From an uncultured Gemmatimonadales bacterium (lineage in GTDB: Bacteria > Gemmatimonadota > Gemmatimonadetes > Gemmatimonadales > GWC2-71-9): DNA of 64,000 nt. The stretch spans positions 832,001 to 896,000 of the forward strand of contig CAWHFW010000002.1 in NCBI GenBank assembly GCA_963828735.1, in the 5' to 3' direction. The notes beneath the pieces were generated by a model, which worked only from the letters and a program-made list of their open reading frames with translations, ran no database searches and had not been told where the DNA came from. The translations under genes were made by a program, and so were the position numbers. Each line of letters opens with the position of its first letter. The first letter of the stretch is position 1. Shown here piece by piece: positions 11,382 through 21,894 of the stretch.

Positions 11382-13843
11382 CAGTCGCTCCTGAGCGCGT
11401 GAGCGGGGTCGGTGCGCACTGCGCGCATCGCCGGCACCAGGGTCGCGCCGGCCGCGACGGCTGCCAGCACGAGCGCCGTCCCCCCGAACGTCAGCGGATC
11501 GGTCGGGCGGACCTCGAACAGGAGGCCCGAGAGCACGCGGCTGGCGGCCAGCGCGCCGATCGTCCCCGCCGCGATGCCGCCGCCCACGACCCACGCCGAT
11601 TGCGAGACGACGAGCCGGAGGATCTGCTCGGGCACCGCGCCCAGCGCCATCCGGATTCCGATCTCGCGCTTCCGTTCGGACACGAGGTGGGCCATGACGC
11701 CATAGATCCCCACAGCACCCAGCACCAGGGCGACGAGGGCGAACCCGCTCACCAGCAGCATGATGAGGCGCCGCTCCGCGGCCCAGGCGCCCAGCGCCGC
11801 CTCCATCGTCTGCGACTCGGCCACGGGGGTGTCGGGGTCGAGAGCGGTGACCGTCGAGCGCAGGGCTGCGGTCAGCGCCTCGGGATTGCCCGCGGAGCGG
11901 AGAGCGACGTACATCGCGGCCTGGGGCATGCCCGTTCCGGCCGGGAACTGCTCGTACGGCAGGTACATCTCCGGCCGCGCGGGCGCGGTGAGGCCTCGAT
12001 GGTGGACATCGCCTACCACGCCCACCACCGTGCGCCAGATCGAATCGGCGTCACCCCCGCCGAGCAGCACCCGCCGGCCGACCGGATCCTGGCCGGGCCA
12101 GACCTGCGCGGCCAGCGTCCGGTTCACGATCATCGCCCCCGGACCGCCGGCCCGGTCGGCGTCGGTGAAGTCGCGGCCCTGCAGCAATGGAATGCCCATG
12201 GTGCCGAAGTACCCGGTGCTCACCACCTGCCAATCGGCCGGATGCCAATCGGTCGGAAGCGGCGGCGAGGCGGCCTGACCCTCGAGCACGAACGACCAGT
12301 CACCGATCTCGAGCCTGCCGGTCATGGGGAGCGCGCGCGCCATGGCGACCGACTGCACGCCAGGCACGTGCGCCAGGCGGTCGAGCAGCTCGCGATAGAA
12401 GTCCCGTCGGGCCGTACTGGTATGGAACCGCACGGTGGAGAGCTCGATCCGCGCGGTGAGCAGCCCTTCCGGGCGGAAGCCGGGATCCACCTGCCGCAGG
12501 TGGAGGAAGCTCTGGACCAGAAGACCCGCTCCCGTCACCAGCACCAGCGCGAGGGCCACCTGTCCCGCCACCAGCAGGCGCCGGACCCGGTGACGCTGGC
12601 CGCCGGCCGTGCCCGCGCGTCCCCCATCGGTGAGGGCGTTGGACAGGTCGTGACGCACGGCATGGAGCGCCGGGGCCATCCCGAACAGGATGCCAGTGAA
12701 CAGCGTGAGGCAGAGGGTGAACAGCAGTACGCGTCCGTCCATGCCGACGGCCGAGAGACGCGGGATGGACGCGGGCGCCGCGAGCACCAGACCGCTCACT
12801 CCCCAGGAGGCCAGCATCACGCCGATTGCCCCGCCGGCCACCGCGAGCAGCACGCTCTCGGTGAGGAGCTGGCGGATCAGCCGCGTGCGTCCCGCGCCCA
12901 GCGCCGTGCGCAGCGCGATCTCGCGCTGGCGGGATTCGGCGCGCGCGAGCAGCAGCGCGGCCACGTTCGCGCACGCGATGAGCAGGAGCAGCGCGACCGC
13001 GCCCAGCAGGACAAGGATCGCGGGCCGCACGTCACCCACGACCTCCTGCTCGACCGCCGTCGCCGAGCCGTCGAATTCCGGCGTGTAGTCCATCGGGTAC
13101 GCGGCCAGCATACCGCGCATGAGGGTCGACATTTCGGCCGAGGCCGCCGCGAGCGTCACCCCGTCGCGCAGGCGGCCGACCGCCTCCAGGAAGTGCCAGC
13201 CGCGTACGCTGCGGTTGGTGGCGGGATCGAGCTGGAGCGGCGCCCAGAGCTCCATGCCGGGGCCCGCGTGGTGCGCGGGGAGCTGAAAGCCGGCGGGCAT
13301 CACGCCGACCACCGTCGTCGGCGCATCGTCGATCATGAGCACGCGGCCGACGATCGTCGGATCGGCGCCGAAGCGCCGGCGCCAGAGTCCGTCGCTGAGA
13401 AGCGCGACCGCGGGCCGGCCCGGCAGATCCTCTTCCGCGGTGAATGCGCGTCCGATCGACGGGGTGACACCGAGCACGCCCGGAATGCTGGCGGTGATGT
13501 AGCCGGTGCGCAGCCGCTCCGGGGCGCCGCCTCCCGTGAGGGTCGCGGTCCCGCCGGCGTAGGCGCCGATCCGGACGAAGGAATGCGCGCGCTCTCCGAG
13601 GTCCCAGTACTCCGGCACGCTCAGCTCCGCGTGCGGCGTCTGCGTGCGGTGCCCCCAGATCATCGCGAGGCGATCGGGCCGCTCGTAGGGTAGCGGCCGC
13701 AACAGCACCCCGTTGGCCACGCTGAAGATCGCCGTGTTGGCCCCGATACCGAGCGCGAGCGTCAGCACCGCGACCGCGGTGAACCCGGGCCGCTGCCGCA
13801 GCCCGCGCAACGCGTACCGGAGATCCTGGACGAAGCCGTTCAT
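11381..13843 (-). CDS. Duplicated MacB/FtsX ABC permease (ADOP-like), 820 aa
   Basis: [43 protein letters not shown]. Confidence 0.9.
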   Translation of the reverse strand: MNGFVQDLRYALRGLRQRPGFTAVAVLTLALGIGANTAIFSVANGVLLRPLPYERPDRLAMIWGHRTQTPHAELSVPEYWDLGERAHSFVRIGAYAGGTATLTGGGAPERLRTGYITASIPGVLGVTPSIGRAFTAEEDLPGRPAVALLSDGLWRRRFGADPTIVGRVLMIDDAPTTVVGVMPAGFQLPAHHAGPGMELWAPLQLDPATNRSVRGWHFLEAVGRLRDGVTLAAASAEMSTLMRGMLAAYPMDYTPEFDGSATAVEQEVVGDVRPAILVLLGAVALLLLIACANVAALLLARAESRQREIALRTALGAGRTRLIRQLLTESVLLAVAGGAIGVMLASWGVSGLVLAAPASIPRLSAVGMDGRVLLFTLCLTLFTGILFGMAPALHAVRHDLSNALTDGGRAGTAGGQRHRVRRLLVAGQVALALVLVTGAGLLVQSFLHLRQVDPGFRPEGLLTARIELSTVRFHTSTARRDFYRELLDRLAHVPGVQSVAMARALPMTGRLEIGDWSFVLEGQAASPPLPTDWHPADWQVVSTGYFGTMGIPLLQGRDFTDADRAGGPGAMIVNRTLAAQVWPGQDPVGRRVLLGGGDADSIWRTVVGVVGDVHHRGLTAPARPEMYLPYEQFPAGTGMPQAAMYVALRSAGNPEALTAALRSTVTALDPDTPVAESQTMEAALGAWAAERRLIMLLVSGFALVALVLGAVGIYGVMAHLVSERKREIGIRMALGAVPEQILRLVVSQSAWVVGGGIAAGTIGALAASRVLSGLLFEVRPTDPLTFGGTALVLAAVAAGATLVPAMRAVRTDPAHALRSD

Positions 13844-16300
13844 TCGGACCTCAGGGACGTCATCGGGTCCACCCGCAGGGCGCGGCGGGCCGGAAGGTAG
13901 CTCGCCGTGAGCGCCACGGCGCCGAGCAGGAGGGCCACGCTCACGTAGGTGAAGGGATCGCGCGCGCTCACGCCGTAGAGCTGGCTCGTCAGCACGCGGC
14001 TCAGGATCCAGGCGCCGGTGAGACCGATGAGCAGTCCCAGGCCGACCAGTCGCATCCCCTGCCCCACCACCAGCTCGAGCACGTCACGCGAGCCGGCGCC
14101 GAGCGCCATGCGGATGCCGATCTCGTGGCGCCGCTGGGTGGTGCTGTAGGCCATCACGCCGTAGATGCCGATGGCCGACAGCAGGAGCGCCAGCCCGGCG
14201 AACAGGGTGAGCAGGAGAAGCGAGAACCGACGCTCGGCGCTGGCATCGGACACCACCTTTTCCATCGGCGTGATGCCGAACACCGGCTGGTCGGGATCGA
14301 CCGCGCGGATCGCTCGGGTCACGGCGGGGCCGAGGCGGGCGGGATCGTCCTCGGTGCGGACGATGAAGGCCATCTCCTGGTTGGGAAAGCGCTGGCTCGA
14401 GAGATACAGCTCCTCGCGCGGGGGCTGGTCCGGCGCCACCTGTCGCACGTCGCCGACCACTCCCACGATCGTCACCATCGGGCCCTGGGGACCGAAGACC
14501 TGCACGCGCCGACCGATCGGGGTCTCGTTCGGCCAGTACCTGTTCGCGAGGGTCTGGTTGACCACGGCTTCGACGGGGCCGCTCGAGTCCACCACTGCCG
14601 ACGATGGTACGGCCGCGCAAGATGGGGATCTGCATCGCCTGGAAGAACTCGGGGGTCACCACCCGCATATCCGCCACCGGTGACGGCTGGTCCGGTGGGG
14701 TGGGCCGGCCCTCGATCTCGAAGCGACTGTCCCCCCGACCGCGATAGGGTAACCGGCTCACCAGCGCCACCTGCCGGACTCCCGGCACGCTGGCGACGGC
14801 CGCTTGTGCCCGATCGTAGAACGCACGCCGCTGGGCATTGGTGTAGTACCGGCCCTTCTCAGGCTGGTTCTGCACCGGCAGCCACACCTGTAGCGCCAGG
14901 AGATGGTCGGGATTGAACCCTGGCTCCACTTCGATCAGCCGTTGGAAGCTCCGCAGCAGGAGTCCGGCGCCCGCGAGCAGCACGAGGGCGACCGCGACCT
15001 CCAGGACGACCAGCGCGCCGCGCACGCGGTTGCGGGGAGCGCCGGCCGTCGCGCCCCGGCCGGCATCCTTGAGCACGCTCTGGAGATCCGGGCGTGACGC
15101 CTGGAACGCCGGGATGATGCCGAACCCGAGCCCGGTCACGAGCGTCAGCAGCGCGGTGAATCCCAGCACGGACTTGTCGATGCCGATGTCCCGCGCGCGC
15201 GGCAGGTACAGCCGGGCGAGCTCGCCCAGCGCGCTGGTGCCCCAGGCCGCGATCAGCAACCCGAACAGCCCGCCAAGCGTCGCGAGCAGCACGCTCTCCG
15301 TCAGCAACTGTCGCATGAGGCGCAGGCGGCTGCCCCCCATCGCGGTGCGGATGGCGATCTCCCGGTCGCGCGTCGTGGCCCGGGCGAGCAGCAGGTTGGC
15401 GACGTTCGCGCAGCCGATCAGCAGCACGAACCCCACGGCGCCGAGCAGCACCAGCAGCGCGGGCCGCACGTTTCCGACCACGCGCTCCGCCAGCGGGATG
15501 CCTTCCGCCTGCCAGCCGAGCGCCGGCGGATACGCGTCGGGATACCGCGACGCGAGCCGCCCGGTCAGCGCGAGGAGCTGCGCCTGGAACTGATCCACCG
15601 TCGCTCCCGGCTTGATGCGGCCGATGAGATCGAACACCCGGGCGCCGCGATTGTTCATGAACGTGGTGTCCGGGTTGTCCATCGCGATCGGCGCCCACAG
15701 CTCCATCGGCGAGGCACCGCTCTCCACCGGGTGCCGGAATCCGCGCGGCATTACGCCGATGATGGTGATCGGGTCGTCGTCGAGGCGGACGGTCCGACCG
15801 ATCACCGCCCGGTCACCGCCGAAGCGCCGCTGCCACAGGTCGTAGGAAATGAGCGCGACGTAGCCGATGCGGCCCTGGTCGTCGGCCTTGGTGAAATCGC
15901 GACCCAACGCCGGCGCGACCCCGAGCAGCGAGAAGTAGTTGAAGCTCACGACCGCGGCCTGGATCCGCTCCGGCTCGTCGGAGCCGGTCAGGTTGATGTT
16001 GATCGGCCACACGGCGGCGAGATCGCGCAGGGCGGGCACTTCTCGCACCAGATCGTGGTACTCCGGCTCCGACATCGGCACGTCGCGCCGATTGCGGCCC
16101 ACCAGCCGCGCGCGGACGCTGACGAGCTGCTCGGGCTGCGTGTAGGCCAGCGGGCGCAGGAGCACGGTGTTGACCACGCTGAAGATCGCGGTGTTGGCGC
16201 CGATGCCCAGGGCGAGGGTGAGCACCGCCACCGCCGTGAACGCCGGACTCCGGGTGAGGCCACGGAGCGCGAACCGGAGATCCCGCCAGAAGGCGTCCAT
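13840..16300 (-). pseudogene. ADOP-like permease split by a single-base frameshift near 14600 (pseudogene or assembly indel)
   Basis: ORF 14084-16300 is permease-like up to IPILRGRT, then degenerates. ORF 13840-14595 carries the missing C-terminus (VVNQTLA...DPMTSLRSE). The span is 2461 nt = 820 codons + 1. Confidence 0.85.
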
Positions 16301-17016
16301 CAGGCCACCTCTCGATCGCCTGGCACGCCCGGCACGAGGCGTCCATCGTACAGGTAGACCGTCCGCCGTGCCTCGCGGAGGTAGCGCGGATCGTGGGTGA
16401 CGACGACCAGCGTCGCACCCTCCTCGTTCAGCTCGCGCAGCAGCGCGGTGACTTCGGCGCCGTTGGTGGAATCGAGGTTGCCGGTCGGCTCATCGGCCAG
16501 GAGCACCAGCGGGTGCCCCGCGACCGCGCGCGCCACCGCGACGCGCTGCTGCTGGCCGCCCGACAGCTGCGCGGGGTAATGCTTGAGGCGATGCAGCAGG
16601 CCGACCCGGTCGAGGGCTGCGAGCGCCGCCGTCCGCCGTTCCTCCGCGGGCATGCCGCGGTAGCGGAGCGGCAGCTCCACGTTGTCGTAGACGGTGAGGT
16701 CGCCGATCAGATTGAAGGCCTGGAAGATGAAGCCGATGGCGCGAGCCCGGACGCGAGCCCGCTGCGCGACCGACAACGTGGAGACGGGCTCGCCCGCCAA
16801 CACGTAGCTGCCCTCGCTCGGCGTGTCGAGCAGGCCGAGCAGGGAGAGCAGCGTCGTCTTCCCGCAGCCCGAGGGGCCGCACACGGCCAGGTATTCGCCG
16901 GCGCGGATCTCGAGGTCCACGCGCGAGAGGGCGTGGGTCTCCACCTCGTCGGCGTGAAAGATCCGGGACACGCCCTGCAGCCGGATCAGCGGATCGATGG
17001 CGAGCGACATGGTCAC
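16300..17016 (-). CDS. ABC transporter ATP-binding protein, MacB/LolD type (ATPase 2 of 3)
   Basis: [37 protein letters not shown]; alternative ATG at 17010. Confidence 0.95.
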   Translation of the reverse strand: MTMSLAIDPLIRLQGVSRIFHADEVETHALSRVDLEIRAGEYLAVCGPSGCGKTTLLSLLGLLDTPSEGSYVLAGEPVSTLSVAQRARVRARAIGFIFQAFNLIGDLTVYDNVELPLRYRGMPAEERRTAALAALDRVGLLHRLKHYPAQLSGGQQQRVAVARAVAGHPLVLLADEPTGNLDSTNGAEVTALLRELNEEGATLVVVTHDPRYLREARRTVYLYDGRLVPGVPGDREVA

Positions 17017-19430
17017 TCCGCCCGGAGCGCGACGGCCGGATCCAGCCGGGCCGCGCGAAGTGCCGGCAGCAGGGCCGCGACGAGCGCGACCACCGAGAGC
17101 ACCAGAATGCCCGCGCCCAGCGTCGGCGGATCGGTCGGGCTCACGCGGAACAGCAGTCCGCCCATGAGCCGCGCGAGCGTCACGGCGCCCACCAGGCCCA
17201 GCGCGAGCCCCACGCCGGTCAGGGCGGCGGCGTGACCCACCACCAGCCGGAGGACCCGTCCGCGGCCGGCGCCGAGCGCGACGCGGATGCCGATCTCCTG
17301 CGCGCGCTGGGTCACTCCATAGGAGATGACGCCGTACACGCCGATGGCCGCGAGCAGGAGCGCGATGCCGCCGAACACGCCGAGCAGCGTGGTGCTGAAG
17401 CGGGACGCGGCGAGCGAGGCGGTACGCCGGTCGTCCATGGTCGAGATGTCGTAGACCGGGAGCGAGCGGTCGACGCTCCAGACGGCGTCACGCATCGCGG
17501 GCGCCAGCGCGATCGGCTCGCCCGACGTCCGGGCGGCGAGCGTCATGGTGCGGTCGATCCAGCGCCAGGCCGCCTTCGGCGCCTGCGCCAGCGGGAGGTA
17601 GAACTCCGCCGGCGCGTCGCGACCGAGGCCGCGGGCGTGGATGTCGGCTACGACGCCCACGATCGTCTTCCAGTTCGGCCCGCCGTCCGGGCCGGGCTCA
17701 CAGCAGGCCACCCGCTTGCCGAGCGGGTCCTCGCCGGGCCACGCGCGCTTCGCCATCGTCTCGTTGATGATCATGACGAGCGGCGCGCCCGCGCGGTCCT
17801 CCGCGGCGAAGGTGCGGCCAGTCCGGAGCCGCACTCCCATGGCCCGGAAATATCCGGCGGTGACGAGTCGCATGTCGGCCTGGATCGCCGAGCTCATCTC
17901 GAGCGGGCGTCCCTCGGGGATGAGGCCGTTGTCCCCGCCGCCCTCGAACGGCGCCGTCGAGGAAAGCCCCGCCGCGGTCGCGCCCGGGGCGTGCTCGAGC
18001 GCCTCCGCGATCCGCTCGAACGCCTGGCCCGCCGCGTCGGGCGTGCCGTAGCCGCTTTCTGGTAGCGAGATGCGACCCACCAACACACCCCGCGGATCGA
18101 AGCCCGGATCCACACCGTTGAGCGCGATGGCACTGCGGATGAGCAAGCCGGCGCCGGTCAGCAGTACCAGCGCGAGCGCGATCTCGCCGACGACGAGCGC
18201 GCCCCGGAGTCGGTCGCGCCGTCCGCCCGACACGGCCCGGCCGCCTTCCTTGAGTGCGTCCTGCGGCAGCTGGGCCGCCATCCGGCCGGCGGGCGCGAGG
18301 CCGAAGATCAGGCCCGCCGCCACCGTGAGCAGCAGCACGAAGAGCAGCACCGGGGCGTCCACGCGTGCGAGCCCCAGGCGAGGAATGTCGGACGGCCCGA
18401 TGGCGACCAGCCCCGCTACGCCCCAGTAGGCGGCGAGGATCCCCAGCGCCCCGCCGCCCGCGGCGAGCACCAGGCTCTCGGCCAGCGCGTGCCGGAGGAT
18501 GTGGCGCCGCCCCGCGCCGATTGCCGCCCGGATCGCGGTCTCGCGCGCTCGCGCGGCCGCGCGAGCCAACAGCAGGTTCGCGATGTTGGCGCACGCGATG
18601 AGCAGCACGAACCCGACCGCGCCGAGGAGAACGAAGAGTCTGGTGCGGTAGTCACCGACCAGCTCCTCGTGCAACCCGGCCACCCCGAAGCCGCGGTCGT
18701 CGTTGGTCATCGGGAACCGCTCCCGCAAGCCCTTGGCGATCTGGTCGAGCTCGGGCTGCACCTGCGTCACCGGCACGCCGGGCTTGAGCCGCGCGAGCAC
18801 CGTGAGGAAATGCTCGTCGTGCTCCACGAGCTGCGCCGGCGGGAAGGCGGCCGGCACCCACAGCTGCTCGTCGTACAGCGCGTAGTCGAGGGACCGCGGC
18901 ATGACGCCGATCACCTGGCGCGGCGAGCCGTCGAGGCGAACCTCGCGCCCGACGATCCCCGGATCGGCCCCGAATCGCCGCCGCCAGAGACCATCGCTCA
19001 GCACCACGACCGCGTCGTTGCCCGGCCGATCCTCCCCGGCGACGAATCCGCGACCGAGTGCCGGCTGCACCCCCAGGAGCTGGAAGAACTCCGTTCCCAC
19101 CCGTGCCCCGGTCACGTTCTCGGGGACGTCCGCGCCGGCCAGGTTCATGCTGGCGCCCGTCATCGGCACGAGATACTGGAACAGCCTGTCCTCGCGCTTT
19201 ACGTCGGCCCAGTTGCCGACCGACACCGATCCGGGGTGGCCCTTCCAGATCTCCCGGAACAGCAGGATCCCCTGCGGGTCGGCGAACGGCAGCGGACGGA
19301 AGAGGACGGCATACACCACGCTGAACACCGCGGTGGTGGCGCCGATGCAGACGGCCAGCGTCAGGATCACCGCGAGGGCGAGGGTCGGGGTCTTGCGCAG
19401 CGAGCGGATAGCGAAACGGACGTCGTTCAT
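17013..19430 (-). CDS. Duplicated MacB/FtsX ABC permease (ADOP-like), 805 aa
   Basis: [33 protein letters not shown]. Confidence 0.9.
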   Translation of the reverse strand: MNDVRFAIRSLRKTPTLALAVILTLAVCIGATTAVFSVVYAVLFRPLPFADPQGILLFREIWKGHPGSVSVGNWADVKREDRLFQYLVPMTGASMNLAGADVPENVTGARVGTEFFQLLGVQPALGRGFVAGEDRPGNDAVVVLSDGLWRRRFGADPGIVGREVRLDGSPRQVIGVMPRSLDYALYDEQLWVPAAFPPAQLVEHDEHFLTVLARLKPGVPVTQVQPELDQIAKGLRERFPMTNDDRGFGVAGLHEELVGDYRTRLFVLLGAVGFVLLIACANIANLLLARAAARARETAIRAAIGAGRRHILRHALAESLVLAAGGGALGILAAYWGVAGLVAIGPSDIPRLGLARVDAPVLLFVLLLTVAAGLIFGLAPAGRMAAQLPQDALKEGGRAVSGGRRDRLRGALVVGEIALALVLLTGAGLLIRSAIALNGVDPGFDPRGVLVGRISLPESGYGTPDAAGQAFERIAEALEHAPGATAAGLSSTAPFEGGGDNGLIPEGRPLEMSSAIQADMRLVTAGYFRAMGVRLRTGRTFAAEDRAGAPLVMIINETMAKRAWPGEDPLGKRVACCEPGPDGGPNWKTIVGVVADIHARGLGRDAPAEFYLPLAQAPKAAWRWIDRTMTLAARTSGEPIALAPAMRDAVWSVDRSLPVYDISTMDDRRTASLAASRFSTTLLGVFGGIALLLAAIGVYGVISYGVTQRAQEIGIRVALGAGRGRVLRLVVGHAAALTGVGLALGLVGAVTLARLMGGLLFRVSPTDPPTLGAGILVLSVVALVAALLPALRAARLDPAVALRAE

Positions 19431-19485
19431 GGCGTCACTCGGCGCGAAGCGCCGTCATGGGGTTGGCATGGGTCGGTCGGCATCG

Positions 19486-21885
19486 TCATTCCTCGCGGAG
19501 GGCGTCGACGGGGTCGGCGAGCGACGCCTTGCGGGCCGGCAGGTAGCTGGCCACCAGCGCTACGGCGGAGAGGAAGACGGCGACCGCCAGGTACGTCGCC
19601 GGGTCGGTGCTCGCGACTCCGTAGAGCAGCCCGCGAAGCACTCGGCTCGCGACGGCCGCGCCGCCCAATCCCAGGGCCAGCCCCGCGAGCACGGGAGCCA
19701 TGCCCTGCCGCAGCACCAGCCGGAGCACGTCCTCTGCCCGGGCCCCCAGCGCCATGCGGATCCCGAGCTCGCGGGTGCGCTGAATCATGCTGTAGGCAAT
19801 GACGCCGTAGATTCCGAGGGCGGCCAGCATCAGCGCACTGGCGGCGAAGCCGGCCAGCAGCAGCGCGTTCACGCGAGGACGCGCGAGTGTGTCGGCCACC
19901 CGGTCGTCCATTGTCGCGACCCGGCCGAGGGCGAGGCTCGGATCCACCGCGGCCAGGGCCTGCTTGACGGCGGGGGCGAGGGCGAGCGGATCGCCCGCCG
20001 TGCGAAGCACGACGAGCATCGATCGGCTCGAGAGCTGCGCGAAGGGAACGTAGATCTGCGGATAGGCGGGGCTCATCGCGCCGTCCTGCCGAACGTCGCC
20101 GACGACGCCGACGATGGTCATCCACACCGAGGTCGAGTCCGCGGGGTCGCCGAAAGTGATGCGGGCGCCGACGGGATCGCCGCTGGGCCAATAGCGCCGG
20201 GCCAACGCCTCGCTGACGAGCGCGACTGGCGCCGCGTCGCCCCGATCCGCCGCCTCGAACCAGCGGCCGCGAACCAGCGGCAGCTTGAACGCCCGGAAGT
20301 AGTCGGGCGTGGCCCGGTAGATGACCGCGTCCTGAACCACCTCGGGCGGCGGCTGGTCGACGCCGGCCACCGAGAACGACCAGTAGGGCGGACCGTCGCC
20401 GATCGGGGCGTCGGATCCGACCGCCGCCACCGCCACTCCCGGCAGTGGTCGGACACGATCGAGCAGCGCGTCGGCGAACGCGACCTGCCGCTCGGGATCG
20501 TCGTAGCGTGAGCGGGGCAAGGTCACCCGCGCGGTGAGCACGCCGTGCGAGGTGAATCCTGGATCGGTGCGCTGCAGGCGCACGAAGCTGGTGAGCAGCA
20601 GCGCCGCGCCCACCAGCAGCACCGACGCCAGGGCCACTTCCGCGAGCACCAGCGCCGAGCGAGTGCGCCCGGCCGATCGGGGCCCCGCGAGTGTCCGGCC
20701 GCCTTCCGTCAGGCCGGCCCGAAGGTCGTATCGAAGGATCCGCATCGCGGGCACCACACCGAACAGGAGCCCGGTCGCGAGCGACAAGGCCAGCGCGAAG
20801 GCCAGCGCCCCGCCGTTCACCTCGATCTCGTCCAGGCGCGGCAGGGCTCCCGGGGCGAGCGCCCGGAACCCGCTGACGCCCCACACTGCCACGGCGAGCC
20901 CCAGGGCGCCGCCGGCGAGCGCCAACAGCACGCTCTCGGTCAGCAGCTGGCGGACCAGCCGCCGCCGCGAGGCGCCCAGCGCAGCCCGAATGGTCACCTC
21001 GCGCTCCCGCGATGCGACCCGAGCGAGCATGAGGTTGGCGACATTGGCGCAGGCAATGAGAAGCACGAGCCCCACCGCGCCCATGAACACGAGGAGCGAA
21101 GGGCGGACCTCGCCCACGATGCGCTCCTGCAGGCCGACGAGGTTGATGCCCCAGCCGGCGTTCGAGTTCGGATACTCGCGCTCCAGCCGGCGGGCGATCG
21201 TGGTCATCTCGTCCTCGGCGTGCCGGAGATCCACCCCCGGCGCGAGCCGTCCGATGACCTGGAGAAAATCGTTCCGGCGCCCCTGGACGGTATCGGTCGT
21301 GAGCGGCGCCCACACGTCCACCGGATCGGGCAGTGCCGGCCCGACTGCACCCACCCCGACGATCGTGTAGGGCTGCCCGCCCAGGATGATGCGGCGTCCG
21401 ATGGCGTCCGCTCGCCCGCCGAACTCCCGCTGCCAGTACCCGTCGCTCAGGACCGCCACGCGCCCCGCGCCCGACCGCTCCTCCTCCTGGCGGAAGTCCC
21501 GTCCGACCGGGACCCGCGCGCCGAGGACGCGAAAGTAGTTCACCGTCACGAGCGCGCCGTTGACCACCTCGGGCTCGCCCGTTCCGGTGACCGTGAACTG
21601 GGTGTTGGCCCACGCCATCATCCCGCTGAACGACCGCGCGTCCCGTCGCCAGTCGAGAAAGTCCGGCAGCGAGGCGGATTCGCGTCCGATTGAAGGGTGA
21701 AAGCCCCAGATCGTGACCAGGCGGTCGGGCTCGGGGTACGGCAGCGGCCGGAGCAGCACGCTGTTCACCGCGCTGAAGATGGCCGTGTTGGCACCGATCC
21801 CCAGGGCAAGCGTGAGGACCGCCGTGAGCGTGAAGACCGGGTGATGGCGGAGCGAGCGCAGCGCGTAGCGAATGTCCTGGAGCAC
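19486..21885 (-). CDS. Duplicated MacB/FtsX ABC permease (ADOP-like), 799 aa
   Basis: GGAGG RBS before [37 protein letters not shown]. Confidence 0.9.
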   Translation of the reverse strand: MLQDIRYALRSLRHHPVFTLTAVLTLALGIGANTAIFSAVNSVLLRPLPYPEPDRLVTIWGFHPSIGRESASLPDFLDWRRDARSFSGMMAWANTQFTVTGTGEPEVVNGALVTVNYFRVLGARVPVGRDFRQEEERSGAGRVAVLSDGYWQREFGGRADAIGRRIILGGQPYTIVGVGAVGPALPDPVDVWAPLTTDTVQGRRNDFLQVIGRLAPGVDLRHAEDEMTTIARRLEREYPNSNAGWGINLVGLQERIVGEVRPSLLVFMGAVGLVLLIACANVANLMLARVASREREVTIRAALGASRRRLVRQLLTESVLLALAGGALGLAVAVWGVSGFRALAPGALPRLDEIEVNGGALAFALALSLATGLLFGVVPAMRILRYDLRAGLTEGGRTLAGPRSAGRTRSALVLAEVALASVLLVGAALLLTSFVRLQRTDPGFTSHGVLTARVTLPRSRYDDPERQVAFADALLDRVRPLPGVAVAAVGSDAPIGDGPPYWSFSVAGVDQPPPEVVQDAVIYRATPDYFRAFKLPLVRGRWFEAADRGDAAPVALVSEALARRYWPSGDPVGARITFGDPADSTSVWMTIVGVVGDVRQDGAMSPAYPQIYVPFAQLSSRSMLVVLRTAGDPLALAPAVKQALAAVDPSLALGRVATMDDRVADTLARPRVNALLLAGFAASALMLAALGIYGVIAYSMIQRTRELGIRMALGARAEDVLRLVLRQGMAPVLAGLALGLGGAAVASRVLRGLLYGVASTDPATYLAVAVFLSAVALVASYLPARKASLADPVDALREE

Positions 21886-21894
21886 GTCGCCTCC

